DNA from: Felis catus
Lineage: Eukaryota
Direction: 5' to 3'
Length of the DNA: 64,000 nt
Assembly: GCF_018350175.1 (NCBI RefSeq)
Contig: NC_058368.1
Span: forward strand, 236,470,001-236,534,000
In this document: piece after piece, positions 49,639-62,372 of the stretch
Position numbering within the stretch: position 1 is the first letter of the stretch
How the letters are laid out: each line of letters opens with the position of its first letter
The notes under the pieces: model-generated
Database searches by the model: none
What the model was told of the DNA's origin: nothing
Seen by the model: only the letters and a program-made list of their open reading frames with translations
Made by a program: the position numbers and the translations under genes

Positions 49639-50366
49639 ACTTTAGGGCGTACATACGCTGAATATCTTAAGCTGAATGGTAATTTCATGTGGACAAAATG
49701 ACAAGAAAGAAACCAATTTTAGTTGTCTGAAGCAGAGACCTGGTATTTCTCTGGTGAATCAGTGACAAAAACGAGCATGTGCCCCCAGAGCAAGGGACGC
49801 CGGGGAGCAGACATTGGAGAACGTGCACACTGCCCACTCCCTTCCCTTTATTTCTTAAAGCATTCTCTTGGACATCTGCCAGTGAGGGGATTTTGAAACC
49901 TCTTCTATTTGACAACCACAGCAAGTCTGGAGTCCTTCTGATCATTTTCCTTCTGCGTGAATGGGACCCCCTCGTGCCTGTATGCGTGCGTGCCTGTTTG
50001 CACACATGTATGTAGTGGTATGTGCATGCCTGTGTTTGTACAGGGGTGTGTGTGCACGCCCTGCTTCCAGTGTAGCTGTGCTCCTCTGGAGGACCTCAGA
50101 GAAATCTTTCTGGAAAACAAATATGATCATGCCAAGCCCTGTTTGCACAGCTCTAGCGACCTTCCATCACCACCATGACAAACCCATACTCCCTGTCTTG
50201 GCAAACATGGCTGCCACCCACCCCTGACTTTATCAGCACGTGTCTCCCTCCTACATTCAGAGGACCTGGGACTAATGACATATAAACATCAGAACCCCTC
50301 CCAAGGGCTCCTTCACTTCCTCATGTATGTATGTGTATATATGTTGGGAGTGGAGGCTACTTAAAA

Positions 50367-50443
50367 AAAATATACATATATATACACGTATATACGTATA
50401 TATATATAATAAATACATATATATATATATAGAGAGAGAGAGA

Positions 50444-50481
<38 letters not shown>
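50367..50481. repeat. Compound (TA)n(GA)n(CA)n microsatellite between 26-bp inverted arms
   Basis: Seen directly. Confidence 0.95.
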
Positions 50482-50482
<1 letters not shown>

Positions 50483-50605
50483 TTTAAGTAGCCTCCACTC
50501 CCAACATGGAGCTCAAGGCAGGGCTTGAACTCACGACCCCGAGATCCAGACCCGAGCTGAGATCAAGAGTCAGATGCTTGACCGACTGAGCCTCCCAGAC
50601 GCCGC
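50482..50605 (-). mobile_element. Short Can-SINE (tRNA-related part, no CT tract)
   Basis: ttttaagtagcctccactcccaac...gggcttgaactcacgacc...gagatcaagagtcagatgcttgaccgactgagcc. Confidence 0.85.
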
Positions 50606-51004
50606 TGCATGTTTTTCTCAAAGATTGCATAAACATCATGCTTCACCAGGTCTACATCCAAGATCCAGCCTCAGTAAATTACTTTATCTCTTGACTCTGC
50701 CCTATCCTCACTCCCTATTCTGGCACCACTCGCTGCTCCTGAGGGTCTTTCCTCCTGTCTCCGTGGGGCAAAGGGCACAACTTCCAGCGTGGACCATCCT
50801 GCAATAGAGCACATTACGTTTCTTTATACCATACGACACGACAGATCGGATGGTGATTATACAATCGCAAGAGCATGTTTGCTTTCTATTCCCTGTTCTC
50901 AACTGATACACCGTCGCAAATTAATGCATGGTAATTGCATGAATCAGTACAAAAGACAAAGGTATTTTGGTGTGAAGTACCCAGATTAAAAATCAAAGTG
51001 TTTA

Positions 51005-51190
51005 GGGGTGCCTGGGTGGCTCAGTCGGTTAAGCGGCCGACTTCGGCTCAGGTCACGATCTCGCGGTCCGTGAGTTCGAGCCCCGCATCGGGCTCTGTGC
51101 TGACAGCTCAGAGCCTGGAGCCTGTTTCGGATACTCCCCTGTTCATGCTCTGTCTCTCTCTGTCTCAAAAATAAATAAACGTAAAAAAAA
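51005..51190 (+). mobile_element. Can-SINE (SINEC_Fc), CpG-rich, with a small internal deletion
   Basis: 16-bp TSD aaaaatcaaagtgttt at 50988-51003 and 51191-51206. Confidence 0.97.
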
Positions 51191-51334
51191 AAAAATCAAA
51201 GTGTTTGGGGCCTGAATCAAGTTACAGGCGATGAAGAGCTACACTCACCCACGCATCAAGCCAGCTTGCTGAGCTGGTGGCCAGAAGGACCATCTCAATG
51301 TTAGATCCATGTTTTCAGCAAAGCGAGTGGAGCT

Positions 51335-51538
51335 TCCCCCGAGCCCTGACTGCCTGTGTGCCCTTGGACAAGCAGCCGATCTCTGAGTGTGACCTCAGTG
51401 TGGCCATCTGTAAAATGTGGTGACAATATCGCCTGCCCCCCATGGGGTACCAGCAATGAGCATGGGACGGTATATCAGACTCTTGGGGCAGAGACTGGCC
51501 CAGAGTGAGCCCTCAGAGAGGGGCTTACATTTATTATA
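51335..51538 (+). mobile_element. MIR
   Basis: ctgtgtgcccttggacaag...cctcagtgtggccatctgtaaaatgtgg. Confidence 0.75.
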
Positions 51539-52659
51539 AGATCTTTCTGCCTGTGCCTCTGGGCAGGTGTAGGAAATGCAGTCCCACGAAGGTGCAATTG
51601 AGGTGAAAATGAAAATATCAGATGGGAGCAATTGTCGAGTCAGAGGAAGAAACAGAAGCAGAAGAGAAAGGCCCAGGGCGGCTGGCTTCAGGGGACGCCC
51701 AACAGTGAGCTCCAGATCAGTGCTTCCTCTCATATCCATCTTTCGCCCACCTAGCTCACACAGAATGGGAATAAATGCATTCCTGGCTGATTTGAGCTGT
51801 CATAATTGGACTTTTATGAGTTTTGGACTTTTATTTGACATACCCAGTATTTGGATCTTAAATCTATCTCTAAAGTCTATGGTAGATTCAGAGAAAAGGA
51901 GAAGTGTGGATAATTCCGTTAAAGCCAAACAATGTGGCCCCCAGACCAGCCTCTCGGCGGGCTGAGCTGACACGCAGGCAGTGAGTGCAAGCGAGGGGTG
52001 CCCAGCTCGGGGAGGGAGAAAGGGCAACCCGCCTCCCCCATGATTTACAGCCGCAGGACCCTGCTGTGCGCGGGTAATGGATGGGGGCCAGCGGTGGAAA
52101 AATGCCACGCCGGGACAGGCAGGTCATACAGCTCAAAGTCAGAACAATAGAGGGCTAATTCATTTAACAGATTGGATACCCAGGGACCACAAATGACAGC
52201 TTAAAAGACTGAGAAATGCCCGGTGGGTCCGGTGGGAACACTGCAGGTTGCAGGAGAAATGCGCCTTCACTCGGGGGCTCCCGAAAGGCTGATTTGCATT
52301 CCTGGGAAGGCAGGCAGGAGCAAATTAGCTAATGGAAAAGGGGGAAGTGGGTCCCGTGGAATTTACTAGCGTGAATAAGACCCTTGGTCAACACTGTTGT
52401 GAAACTACCCGTAAGCATATCTAGGCATCTGTAACCCTAAAGGTTTTCAGCAACGCGTCTGAACAGGTACATTTAATGGGCCACAAAGCATTTCTTCAGG
52501 TATCTTTTGTCCTTTCAGCAACCGTCACCCACCGTCTGGTGCGACGATCATGACGGAAAGTAAATTGATGGTGATCTTTGTGGTCAGTGGGTTGGGAACG
52601 CTGGGCACCATCACCTGGTGCCTTGACTCTTTCTCCCATAATCTACCTTCTTTGTATGT

Positions 52660-52860
52660 TTTTGTTTTTTAATGTTTACTTATTTCTGAGACAGTGTGAG
52701 TGGAGGGGGGACAGAGAGAGGGAGGGAGAGAGAATCCCAAGGAGGCTCCGCACAGTCAACTCAGAGCCCCACTCAGGGCTCTGTCTCGTGGGCCACGAGA
52801 TGGTGAACGGAGCTGAAATCAAGAGTCAGGTGCTTCACCCACTGAGCCACCCAGGCGCCC
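52660..52860 (-). mobile_element. Can-SINE
   Basis: Antisense copy ending actgagccacccaggcgccc. Confidence 0.95.
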
Positions 52861-54389
52861 ATCATCACTAGTTTAAACGCTAAATGAAGGGTTGTTGCTG
52901 TGCCGGCCCCCCTGAAGTGTGTTATTTGATGATAACCTCTCCAGGAGGATTTTCCGACCGCAGGGCCACCTCACGGCAGACTTGATGAACCGCACCCATG
53001 GTCATGCAGAGCCTTGGATGATCTCCACTCCTTAGACCTTCTCCCTCTGCCTCTATGGGCTCACCCTCACTTCACTTGTCTCCTTCATAAGCTGGATGCC
53101 AAGGCACGGGGGTGACGACACTCTCCTGCTGCCTCCTCTCCCCTCTGTGGTCTCCTGAGCAGCTCCCATCCAGAAGGACACAGGCACGCACTGGGCCACA
53201 CTGGTCCCGCCGAGCACCAGGGAGGAGCGAGGGAGGCACCGTCCAGGCAGGTTGGTGCCTGGCGAATCCCTGCCTCCCTCTGACCATCCTCCACTGGCTT
53301 GCACCGTCCCTCAGCCCCCCTGTCACCAGTAGGCACCTTCTAGCAAGAATCCAAGATCCCCCAGTAGCTCCTGTTGAAAACAAGCGAACAAAGCAAGCCC
53401 TGACTCCTATTCCCTCAACCACAACCACTACCCTGTCTGCGTCTTGCCAGCAGGACCCAATCCTGCCCATCCTTCTCTGCTCTTCTGACTGATGCCCTGA
53501 CTGGTCCCGGTCTGGGGCTCAGCCCGTAGCTTCAGGGAGGCATCAGTGCAGTGTGCAGGACATCCTATCTCTCTTGGGTTCCAGAGACCCTTTCCATCAC
53601 GCTCAGCACCACATGGGCATCCACACTCGACATCCGCTTCTCTGCCCACAGCTCCCATATGCGGGGCTTCCACAACACCACCCAGTTTGGTCCTTCTACC
53701 CTGAACTCTAAAGTTTCAAGTATTTTCCAAGTCAGCCCCGGGCCCAGTGAATTCTGGAGTTGTGTCCTCATTATCGTTGGACTTAGCCATTTAGAGGTGA
53801 CGCTCTCTTCAGAAGGGAACAGCCAAGGGGACATACACACCAAGAGTTTCCACAGTCCAGCTCACAGCGAACTTCAGAGAAATCTTCCGTCTTCTCCCCG
53901 ATGGCTTCTATGTGTTCAAGCAGCTGTGAACTTATACGGTCATTTTGCACGACTAGTCTTCTCATTACCTACCCCGGATAAGTAGAAAGCCTCTCCAGAT
54001 CATAAACAAGCCCAAACCGCTTACATGTTAAGCCATTTGAAAGTTTATGACATCTGGCTGCAAAGCTGTACCTTTGAATTAAATAGATTTATCTGTTTAT
54101 TAGAGGTTGGGCGTGAGGCCGTCTGCTTGAGGAAGTGCATGGGTCTCAGCCTGGACTCTTCTGCTCCCAGAGAACAATGCCAGAGTGACAGAGTCCACTC
54201 CTTCCAGCTGTCCCCTGCCCCTGCCCTGAGAGAAAGGCAGCCTCCATGACCTGCTCACCTGAGAGCAAAGCCAGGGCCAGGTAACTCTGTGCCCTGACAG
54301 TGGGCAATCTTTCTGCTCTGCCTTTAAGACTTTACCATTTGGGGAGGTTCCTCTCTTTCTCTCTCTCTCTCTCTGTCAGCTTTTTATTC

Positions 54390-54601
54390 TTTTTTTTTTA
54401 TGTTTATTTATTTTTGAGACACAGAGAAAGACACCATGAGCAGGGAAGGGGCAGGGAGTGAAGGAGACACAGAATCCGAAGCAGGCTCCAGGCTCTGAGC
54501 TATCATCACAGAGCCCGACACGGGGCCTGAACACACCAACCGTGAGATCATGACCTGAGCCGAAGTCGGATGCTTAACTGACTGAAACACCCAGGCGTCC
54601 C
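54390..54601 (-). mobile_element. Can-SINE (SINEC_Fc)
   Basis: TSD agcttttt(t)attctt at 54378 and 54603. Confidence 0.96.
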
Positions 54602-54607
54602 TAGCTT

Positions 54608-55510
54608 TTTTATTCTTAACTGAAGCATAGCTGACATACAATATTACATTGGTTTTAGGTGTACAATATATTGATTCAACCAGTCTGTATATTACTCAAT
54701 GCTTACCATAATAGGATAGGGCCATATATCACCACACAATGTTATTACGATATTACATAGTATAATATATATAATATATTTCATCCATTTATCTCTTGAT
54801 GGACACTTGAACTTAGTCACCTTGCATAACTGAAACTTCATAGTCGCTGGACTGCCCCTGTCCCCCTGTCCCCAGTCCCTAGAAACCGTGATTCATTCTG
54901 CTTCTATGAGTTCGACTAGTTTAGATTCTTCAGACAAATGGAATCAGTCAGTGTTTGTCCTTCTGTGACTGGCTTATTCTTTACCCATCTGTCCATTGAT
55001 GGATATTTACATCGTTTCCACATCGTTGCATTATTGTGAATGATACTGGAGTGGACATGCCAGTGCAGATAGCTCTTCAAGAGCCTGATTTAGATTATTT
55101 TGGATCAATATCCAGAAGCCTGTTGTAGCTTATATCCCACTGGATCTGCCGGATCATATGATAGTTCTCCAGTCAATTTTTCGAGGAACCTCCATGCCGT
55201 TTTCCGGAAGACTGTACTGGTTTGGGTTCCCACCAACAGTGAGCAAGGGCACCTCTTCTCCATGTCCCCGCCAACTTTTGTTATCTTTTTTTCCCCCAGT
55301 AATAATCATTCTAACTGGTGTGAAGTGATATCTCTCTGTGGTTTTGATTTGCATTGATTAATAATGTTGAAAACTTCTCATGTGCCTTTGGTGGTTATAC
55401 GTCTTCTTGGAGAAATGTCTATCCGAGTCATTTGCCTATTTTTTTTAATTAGGTTACTACTTTTTCTATTGACTTACAGATGTCTCTGTTATATTTTGGA
55501 TATGAACCCA
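54608..55510 (-). mobile_element. L1 3' fragments (carnivore-type 3'UTR plus L1M-type 3'UTR and ORF2 end)
   Basis: tagctgacatacaatattacattggttttaggtgtacaa; tttgtccttctgtgactggcttatt; gtggttttgatttgcatt; ORF 55154-55354 MQIKTTERYHFTPVRM is degenerate L1 ORF2. Confidence 0.9.
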
Positions 55511-57124
55511 AGAGGAGTCTTCAGGAACCAGAAGGTTTATAAACGGAGACTTACCTTTTCTTCTGTGATTCGTGGAGTCTTACTCCCCAACTAGACTGAC
55601 TAACTCCATTTAATACTTCTGTTCAACAGTGATTATAAGACCCCGAAGCAAGACATGGTCACTGTAGTTGAACATTTAGACAAAGTGTCGGGAGACGTAA
55701 ACCGGCATAGATAAGTAGAGCTTACACGTCCTGGAAAGTGTTCACATCCCTAAATAAGTCAAGTCCACCGAGGAAACTGCGTATTCCCACGGTAAGGCAA
55801 TATTTATCTGACCTTAGAGCACCATTAGTACGTCCACAGACACTAGGGAAATCCTGTCAAAACATTAAAATATAATTAAGCCACCATTTCACCCATTTTT
55901 AAATTGCGACTCTAGAACCACTCAGAAGGCATTCTCCGCCATCCTGGCAGTGACCAGAAACTACATTATTTTCTCAGGTGCTATTTGAATAAAATCTGAT
56001 TAAAAGCGTGCTATTGGCACAACACCTGCCATCTTGTTGACGTGCTCGTAGCAGGCACAGAGATCGGTACCAAGCAGGGGATACGTTTGGTCTATTTCTG
56101 CGATTATTAATTCAGAAGACATTACGACAGTCTTAATTTTTGCTAAAAATGCTAACTTGTTGAAATAGTAATCTGTGAATAATTCCCCGAGCTATTTTAC
56201 TGCTTTTTCCTGCCCATTGAACTTGACCCCGCCATCCATAGGAAGCGTTATAAATTTTTAAAATTTCCTGCGAGCTGGACATTTTAATGAACCACGCACA
56301 GCAGTGTCCTGTCAGTGGCCGGCGTGTCGGCCGGCGAGGGGAAATTTATCTCACCGGCACAATACGGTGCCGCTGCTTTCCGCCAGGGCCTGGACTAATT
56401 CCACTCTGCGGTTTCCTGAATTAACAAGGCTTGTCTTCCAGCCTTTCGACATGGGGGCACTCTGTTCCAATCTCACTTGACTGCTGGCCTCCCCATCCTC
56501 CCCCAGGACGCCCGGGACTTAATCCACCTGGAGCCTTGGTAACCAAGTTCTGCCTCCCGACCTTCGTGATGGATGCTTCATCTTTTATGTGTCTCCCTGC
56601 CCTCGACGCGCCCCTCCACCCACCGGTCAGCCCACACGCCCCTCATCTTTCTAGAAGAAAGAATCACGTCTGACAAGCGAGCGGTTTGTCGCGAGCGCTA
56701 ACACAGTTACAGTTAGAGAGGGCAGTAACTCCAGCTGTCAAGCCCCAAATGCTAACAGATCGTGGGCTGGTACTTGGGCCGAGCGTTGGGTCACTCGTAA
56801 TTTCAGCCACGGACACAACTGTTCTGTGGGAATATGACATACTTCTTTCGGTATTAAATCAGCCCTGGGACAATTTGTCTGCCAAGCTCAGCATGGGAGG
56901 AAGTAAAATACCAAGGCTGCGTCATACAATTACATCCCAAAGCCCACGGAGGTTGGCACTTATCTCCCTGCGTGGACAGTTCTTAAAGGAACACTGGGGA
57001 AGGGACTCGAGACAGAGTGGGAAGAAGCAGAGGGAAGGTTGGCAGGAAGGGGAGAATTTGCATACTGAGCATTAGTCCAGAAATCCGTCTTGTGTCGCGC
57101 TGAGCGGTCCTTGCTCCGTGTGCA

Positions 57125-57610
57125 TATGCTCCTTATCAGATCTGGGGACGACTGCCCCTCCCCCGCCCGTGCTGCACAATGGCGCTGATAAAATGGAAGC
57201 AAATTTCTTCTATTAATGAGTGACGGTGATGGCAGTGCAATGAAGTTGTTCCATGATATTGTTATATATGCAAGGTGCAAATAACCTAGTGTGAATAATC
57301 ACAGCCTGTGTCCTTTTAAATGATTTTTCTCCCCATTTAAAGGAAAGCCTTTGATGTGATAATATTAATTCCCTCCGTGCTGGAAGGAAGAGGAAAAAAA
57401 AAAAACTCAGAGAAGCGGAAATTAACTGAGTAATGCGATGTCAGTCAATCTTTTCAGCCGAGGCCTTATTAACTGCTAATCATTTTGTCATTTTGTCGCT
57501 CAAAGTAATAAATTGATAGGAAGGGACGGGGATGTCGTATGTTTACTTTTATTAGCTTTAAACAGAAACAGTTGTGGAGACATTACATTATTGAGACGTG
57601 TGGCATTTAA
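57125..57610. promoter_or_regulatory. Candidate enhancer / conserved non-coding element
   Basis: GATA at 57132 and 57186, SOX ACAATGG at 57176, many ATTA/TAAT cores; conservation not tested. Confidence 0.5.
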
Positions 57611-59021
57611 GTGGTTTCTGTAAAGCACATCACTATTTTCCTTCCTCACCGGTGTCTGATTGTCGTAATTTTGAAGAATCTGGCTGTCTGGAAAAAAAAA
57701 AAATGTAAAAAAAAAAATTCTATCCAGACCTTGCCCAGAGTTCTATCCCCAGAGTTGTATCAGGATTACACCAGGCATTTGATTACATCCAATTTGTCAG
57801 GGGTAGCTCTGGGAGGGAGGGGGTGCTGGGGGGACACCTGACAGGGACACTCATGGCTGGGTACGCCATCACCTTAAAGACGAGTAACTTTGGAAAATCC
57901 CATCTCTGTGTCGGAACCCAGTGCTATGCCAGAGACTGGGGCCCACGGAAGTTATGCAAGAAGGAGAAACATGCCACTGACTGTGGAGACGGGGGTGAGT
58001 CACCATGGGGCCACACGGATACCCCATTTCCGCGTACTGTGCTGACAGATACATGTAGGCCAGTGTCCTTGACCCGTTCCATCCCGCACGAGATCAGAGG
58101 TCTTGCTGACATCTTGGATAGAGAATGACTCGCTGGATCTCGGTCACTGTGGACACAGTTAGAATCTGATGGGTCCAGAGCAAGCCTGTGGACCTCACCC
58201 CCACGTGCGTTCTGGCAGCCAGAACTTCTCCCTCCAGCATGTGACTCAGAAGAGCAAGAGGAACATCGACAGGCGACGTGGAATGTCAGGAGGCCCCACC
58301 CTGCCTTTGTGCAGCGTCCCCAAGTGAGCTTGGAGCTCGGAAGTGGAGGGTGGAAACACATCCTCAGCGCCAGCCCTTAGGTGCTGCTGAGGCACATGGG
58401 ACCTAGAGCTCTCCGTGGAGGGACATCCACGGGTCCGCCCGGGCATGGCTGTTGGAGGTGCCGGTGGGCAAACCGGTGGACCTGAGTTCCAACATTCAGC
58501 TGCTGGAATTCACTGGTTTCCAAAGGAAAGTTGTCCACACAGGCCAAAAGGCTCTGCAGACGCGGCAGTTGCTCTGTATCTTCTTCTGAGGGTTTCCTCC
58601 TTGAGCCAGACCTCATCGTCGTTTCCAGAAAAAGTAAAGGACTTCTGCTCGCAATACCGAGGAGTCCCCCATGGCTCACTGCACAAGGAGGCGTCTGTGG
58701 GAACTGTTTTCCCGAGGAATTTCTAGTGCCTTTGGTGAAGGAAGCAAGTCTGGACTTGATGTTTGAGTTGATGAGAAACTTACTGGTTTCTGATAAGAGG
58801 CTGTGGGCGATATTTGGAGATTTTTTTTTTTCCTCTGGAGAGAGAGTTACTTCAAAGGTGCAAAAATGTCTTCCCCCTTATCTTCAGTCTTTTTGAAGTG
58901 AGGGTAGGTCCCGCTGGCCAGTTCAAATATCTTCATCTTTCAGCCACCTGCTTACAGTCACTAGAACCACATGAATGGAGGGTAACAAATGTTGAATGGC
59001 TACTGATTAAAAAAAATTGCA

Positions 59022-59241
59022 GGGGCGCCTGGGTGGCGCAGTCGGTTAAGCGTCCGACTTCAGCCAGGTCACGATCTCGCGGTCCGTGGGTTCGAGCCCC
59101 GCGTCGGGCTCTGGGCTGATGGCTCGGAGCCTGGAGCCTGTTTCCGATTCTGTGTCTCCCTCTCTCTCTGCCCCTCCCCCGTTCATGCTCTGTCTCTCTC
59201 TGTCCCAAAAATAAATAAAAACGTTGAAAAAAAAATAATTA
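59022..59241 (+). mobile_element. Young Can-SINE (SINEC_Fc)
   Basis: Near-consensus, CpGs intact; TSD aaaaaaaattgca at 59009-59021 and 59242-59254. Confidence 0.98.
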
Positions 59242-59526
59242 AAAAAAAATTGCAAAGGAACCGTCTCGTGAAATGCTGAGGCCGGTCGCTGTGTGCCCGC
59301 TTTTCCCGGGATGAGATGGCAGGGGCGTGTCCTGATTTTCGTTAGGTTGCTCAGTTGCGTATTCGATAATCTCGTCAATGTCATTATTCTCCAGGCACCA
59401 GGGTGGACCAAACCCTGAGGAGCCTTGGCTCCACGAATTTGACAATCTTCGAGTGGATAAGACACAGGCTTTACACACTGCTGGAAAATTATGGGTCACA
59501 GATATCAATAAATCTCTAGAGGCTTT

Positions 59527-59738
59527 GGAGTGCTAGGTCGTCCCCTTGGTTCAGCATCTGACTCTTGATTTCATCTCAGGTCATGATCCCAGGGTCCTGG
59601 GATGGAGCCCGGGGTCAGGCTCTGTGCTGAGTGTGGGGCTGCTTAAGATTCCCTCTCACTCACCTTCTGCCCCTCTCCCCTACTCACACATCCTCTCTCT
59701 CTCTATAAAATAGAAACAAAATAATAATTAAATAAAAA
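59527..59738 (+). mobile_element. Old Can-SINE
   Basis: ctgactcttgatttcatctcaggtcatgatcccagggtcctgggatggagccc. Confidence 0.88.
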
Positions 59739-59849
59739 CCTAGATGTTCTCTTTTATAGGACATTCGTCTAAAACAAACGCTTCCTTTCTGTAATTTGTC
59801 ATATTCTGCTTTCTTTTGACACCTGAGTTTAACCCATGTATGCATTTAC

Positions 59850-60043
59850 TTTTATAATGTTTATTTATTTTGCGGGGGCAAGAGAGAGAGCGTGCGACTA
59901 GGGGAGGAGCAGACAGAGAGGGAGACACAGAATCCGGAGCAGGTTCCAGGCTCCGAGATGTCGGCACAGAGCCTGACGTGGGGCTCGAACTCAGAAACTG
60001 TAAGATCGTGACCTGAACCGAGGTTGGACCGAGCCATCAGGCA
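59850..60043 (-). mobile_element. Can-SINE (SINEC_Fc)
   Basis: aatgtttatttatttt...gagacacagaatccggagcaggttccaggctcc. Confidence 0.93.
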
Positions 60044-62145
60044 TCATTTCAGTCAAGACGTGAACAATACTTTTTTTTTGCCGCTGCTCAGTCCGAATGT
60101 GAAAACAAGAAGCAACCGCTCTCCTCTTCTTGAAATTCACTTGTAAAAGCCGTAAGTGGGACCACCAAGTTCATGACAAGTCACTTGGTTGTGTCACACT
60201 CTCCACACGAACTCAATCTCTCGCTTCTCCTTACTTACATCAGCCTCTGCCCCAACTGGCCCAGTGGTCAGCTGTGTGACAAAAGGAGACTTTTTTCTGT
60301 TAATTGGATGAAACCATCCATCATACATGTAGTGAAGAAAAGGTGACTTATTCTTTATCGAGAACTCACCTTATTAGGCATTCTGCCCCCAGTCCGACAT
60401 CCCTGGTACAGAAACACATCCCGGAGAAAAAGCCATCAGAAAAGTGGCTGCGAAATGTCAGAGCTCTGAGGGTGTCATATGCTCAGAAGTGCTCAGAATG
60501 TCAGGCCACCACCACACGCTTGCCAACTGCAGGATGCTGCTGCAGAGTCAGCTGTGGGCCTGAGCAACAGGTGTTGGTGTGGAGAGGAGCCAGAGAACAC
60601 AAGCACGTGATGTGTCCCAAGAGAGATCGAGGCCACCATCCAGGCACAACCAGGAGCTGATTCACGAAAACCCTCCTCATCTCGGCTGCCCTTGGTTGAA
60701 GTTTGTTATTAGTGACCCCAAAGACAAGTATCAGAATAGAATAGGGTGGGATGGGACAGCAGTGGAGATAATATGACAACACAACCATCTGGATCCTTCC
60801 TGGCATCTCACCTGACGCAGCAGTCAGATGCTACGGCAGTCAGGAGCTGGGGGATGTCCCCCGCAGCATCACCTGTGGGGTGTCCCTAGAAGAAGAAGCA
60901 GACTGAGCAGAAGCCACTCTGTGCTGCTGACCTACCTGATGCAATGAGATGGAAAAGTAGAGCACCGAGGTGTCTGGCTCCCCATCGGAGCACAGAGGTG
61001 ACCTGGCCCCTTGCCCTTTCTCCTTTCCACGTTGCCCGCACCCTGCCAGAGCCACCCTGAGGAGGCCACCTGGCAAAGATGTGCCAAGGGTCCGACAGGG
61101 GAGACCAAAAGGCAGGATCGTGGTCCCTGTGGGGATCCTTGGAGAGCAGTATCCCGCTCTCAAGCAGAGGCCTGCAAACCTCACGCAGGATGAAAAGAAG
61201 AAGCGTGTTCTTGTAGAACACATTCTAAACGATCGAACTCCAACCACCTTCCTGTGCCTGGTCGCACAACCAGAGCCTTGTCTGTGTTGTTTTCAGACAC
61301 CGCCAGGAAGGGGTGAGTCCTCTCACCTGAAGCTGACGCTGGCTTTGAAGCTACGCAGGCTGCACGTGCTGTGAGTTGGTACTCGAGGCTCCCTGGCTTG
61401 GAAACTTCTCCATGCTCAGACCACAGCCATGACATCCAAAGCGTGGACCACTGTCTCACGTCTCGGGAGACTCATGCTCTGGGGTTTCATCCGCCTGCTT
61501 GTTGATGTCTAGGCCCCTTGGCAGTGGGGTTGGAGGGAGTTTTCTCTGGAAAGCTCTCTCACTTTCTGCACTTTTTGTTGGCAGTGGGGAGATAATACAA
61601 CGGTGCGTAAAAAAATCTTCATTCACGGGCAGAAGCCACGAATCAACACTCTGACAAAGAAGACATCCAGATGGTAAGAGACACATGAAAAGTGCTCAAC
61701 ATCACTCATCATCAAAAAACACAAATCAAATCAAAACCACGATGGGATTCCACCTCACATGTACCAGAGTGGCTAAAATTAACCACACAAGAAACAAGAG
61801 TTGGCAAGGATGCAGAGAAAGAGGAACCTTCTTGCACTGTTGGGGGGAATGCAAACTGGTGCAGCCACTCTGGACAGCAGTATGGAGCTTCCTCAAAAAG
61901 TTAGCAATAGAGCTACCCTACAATCAGTAATTGTGCTACTGGGCTACTGGGTATTTATCCAGAGGATACAAAAATACAGACTTGAAGACGCACATGCACC
62001 CCAATGTTTATAGCAGCCTTGTCAACAACAGCCAAAGTACGGAAAGAGCCCAGATGTCCATCGACTGACAGATGGATAAAGAAGATGTGGTTTATATATA
62101 TACACAATGGAATACTACTCAGCCATCAAAAAGGATGAAACTTCA

Positions 62146-62372
62146 GGGGCTCCTGAGTGGCTCAGTCAGTTGAGCGTCCGATTTTGGCTCAGGTCAAGCT
62201 CAGGCTCAAACCCTTTGTGGGTTCGAGCCCCATGTTGGGCTCTGTGCTGACAGCTCAGAGCCTGAAACCTGTTTCCAGAATCTGTATCTCCCTCCCTCTC
62301 TCTCTCTCTGCCCCACCCCTGTTTGTGCTCTGCCCCTTTCTCTCTCTCAATAATAAATAAGCATTAAAGAAA
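62146..62372 (+). mobile_element. Can-SINE nested in L1
   Basis: Degenerate TSD aaaaagRatgaaa. Confidence 0.94.

Noticed and set aside
61685..62013. ORFs with ORF2-like motifs
   Set aside because: Frameshifted remnants of a dead, 5'-truncated L1, not a gene.
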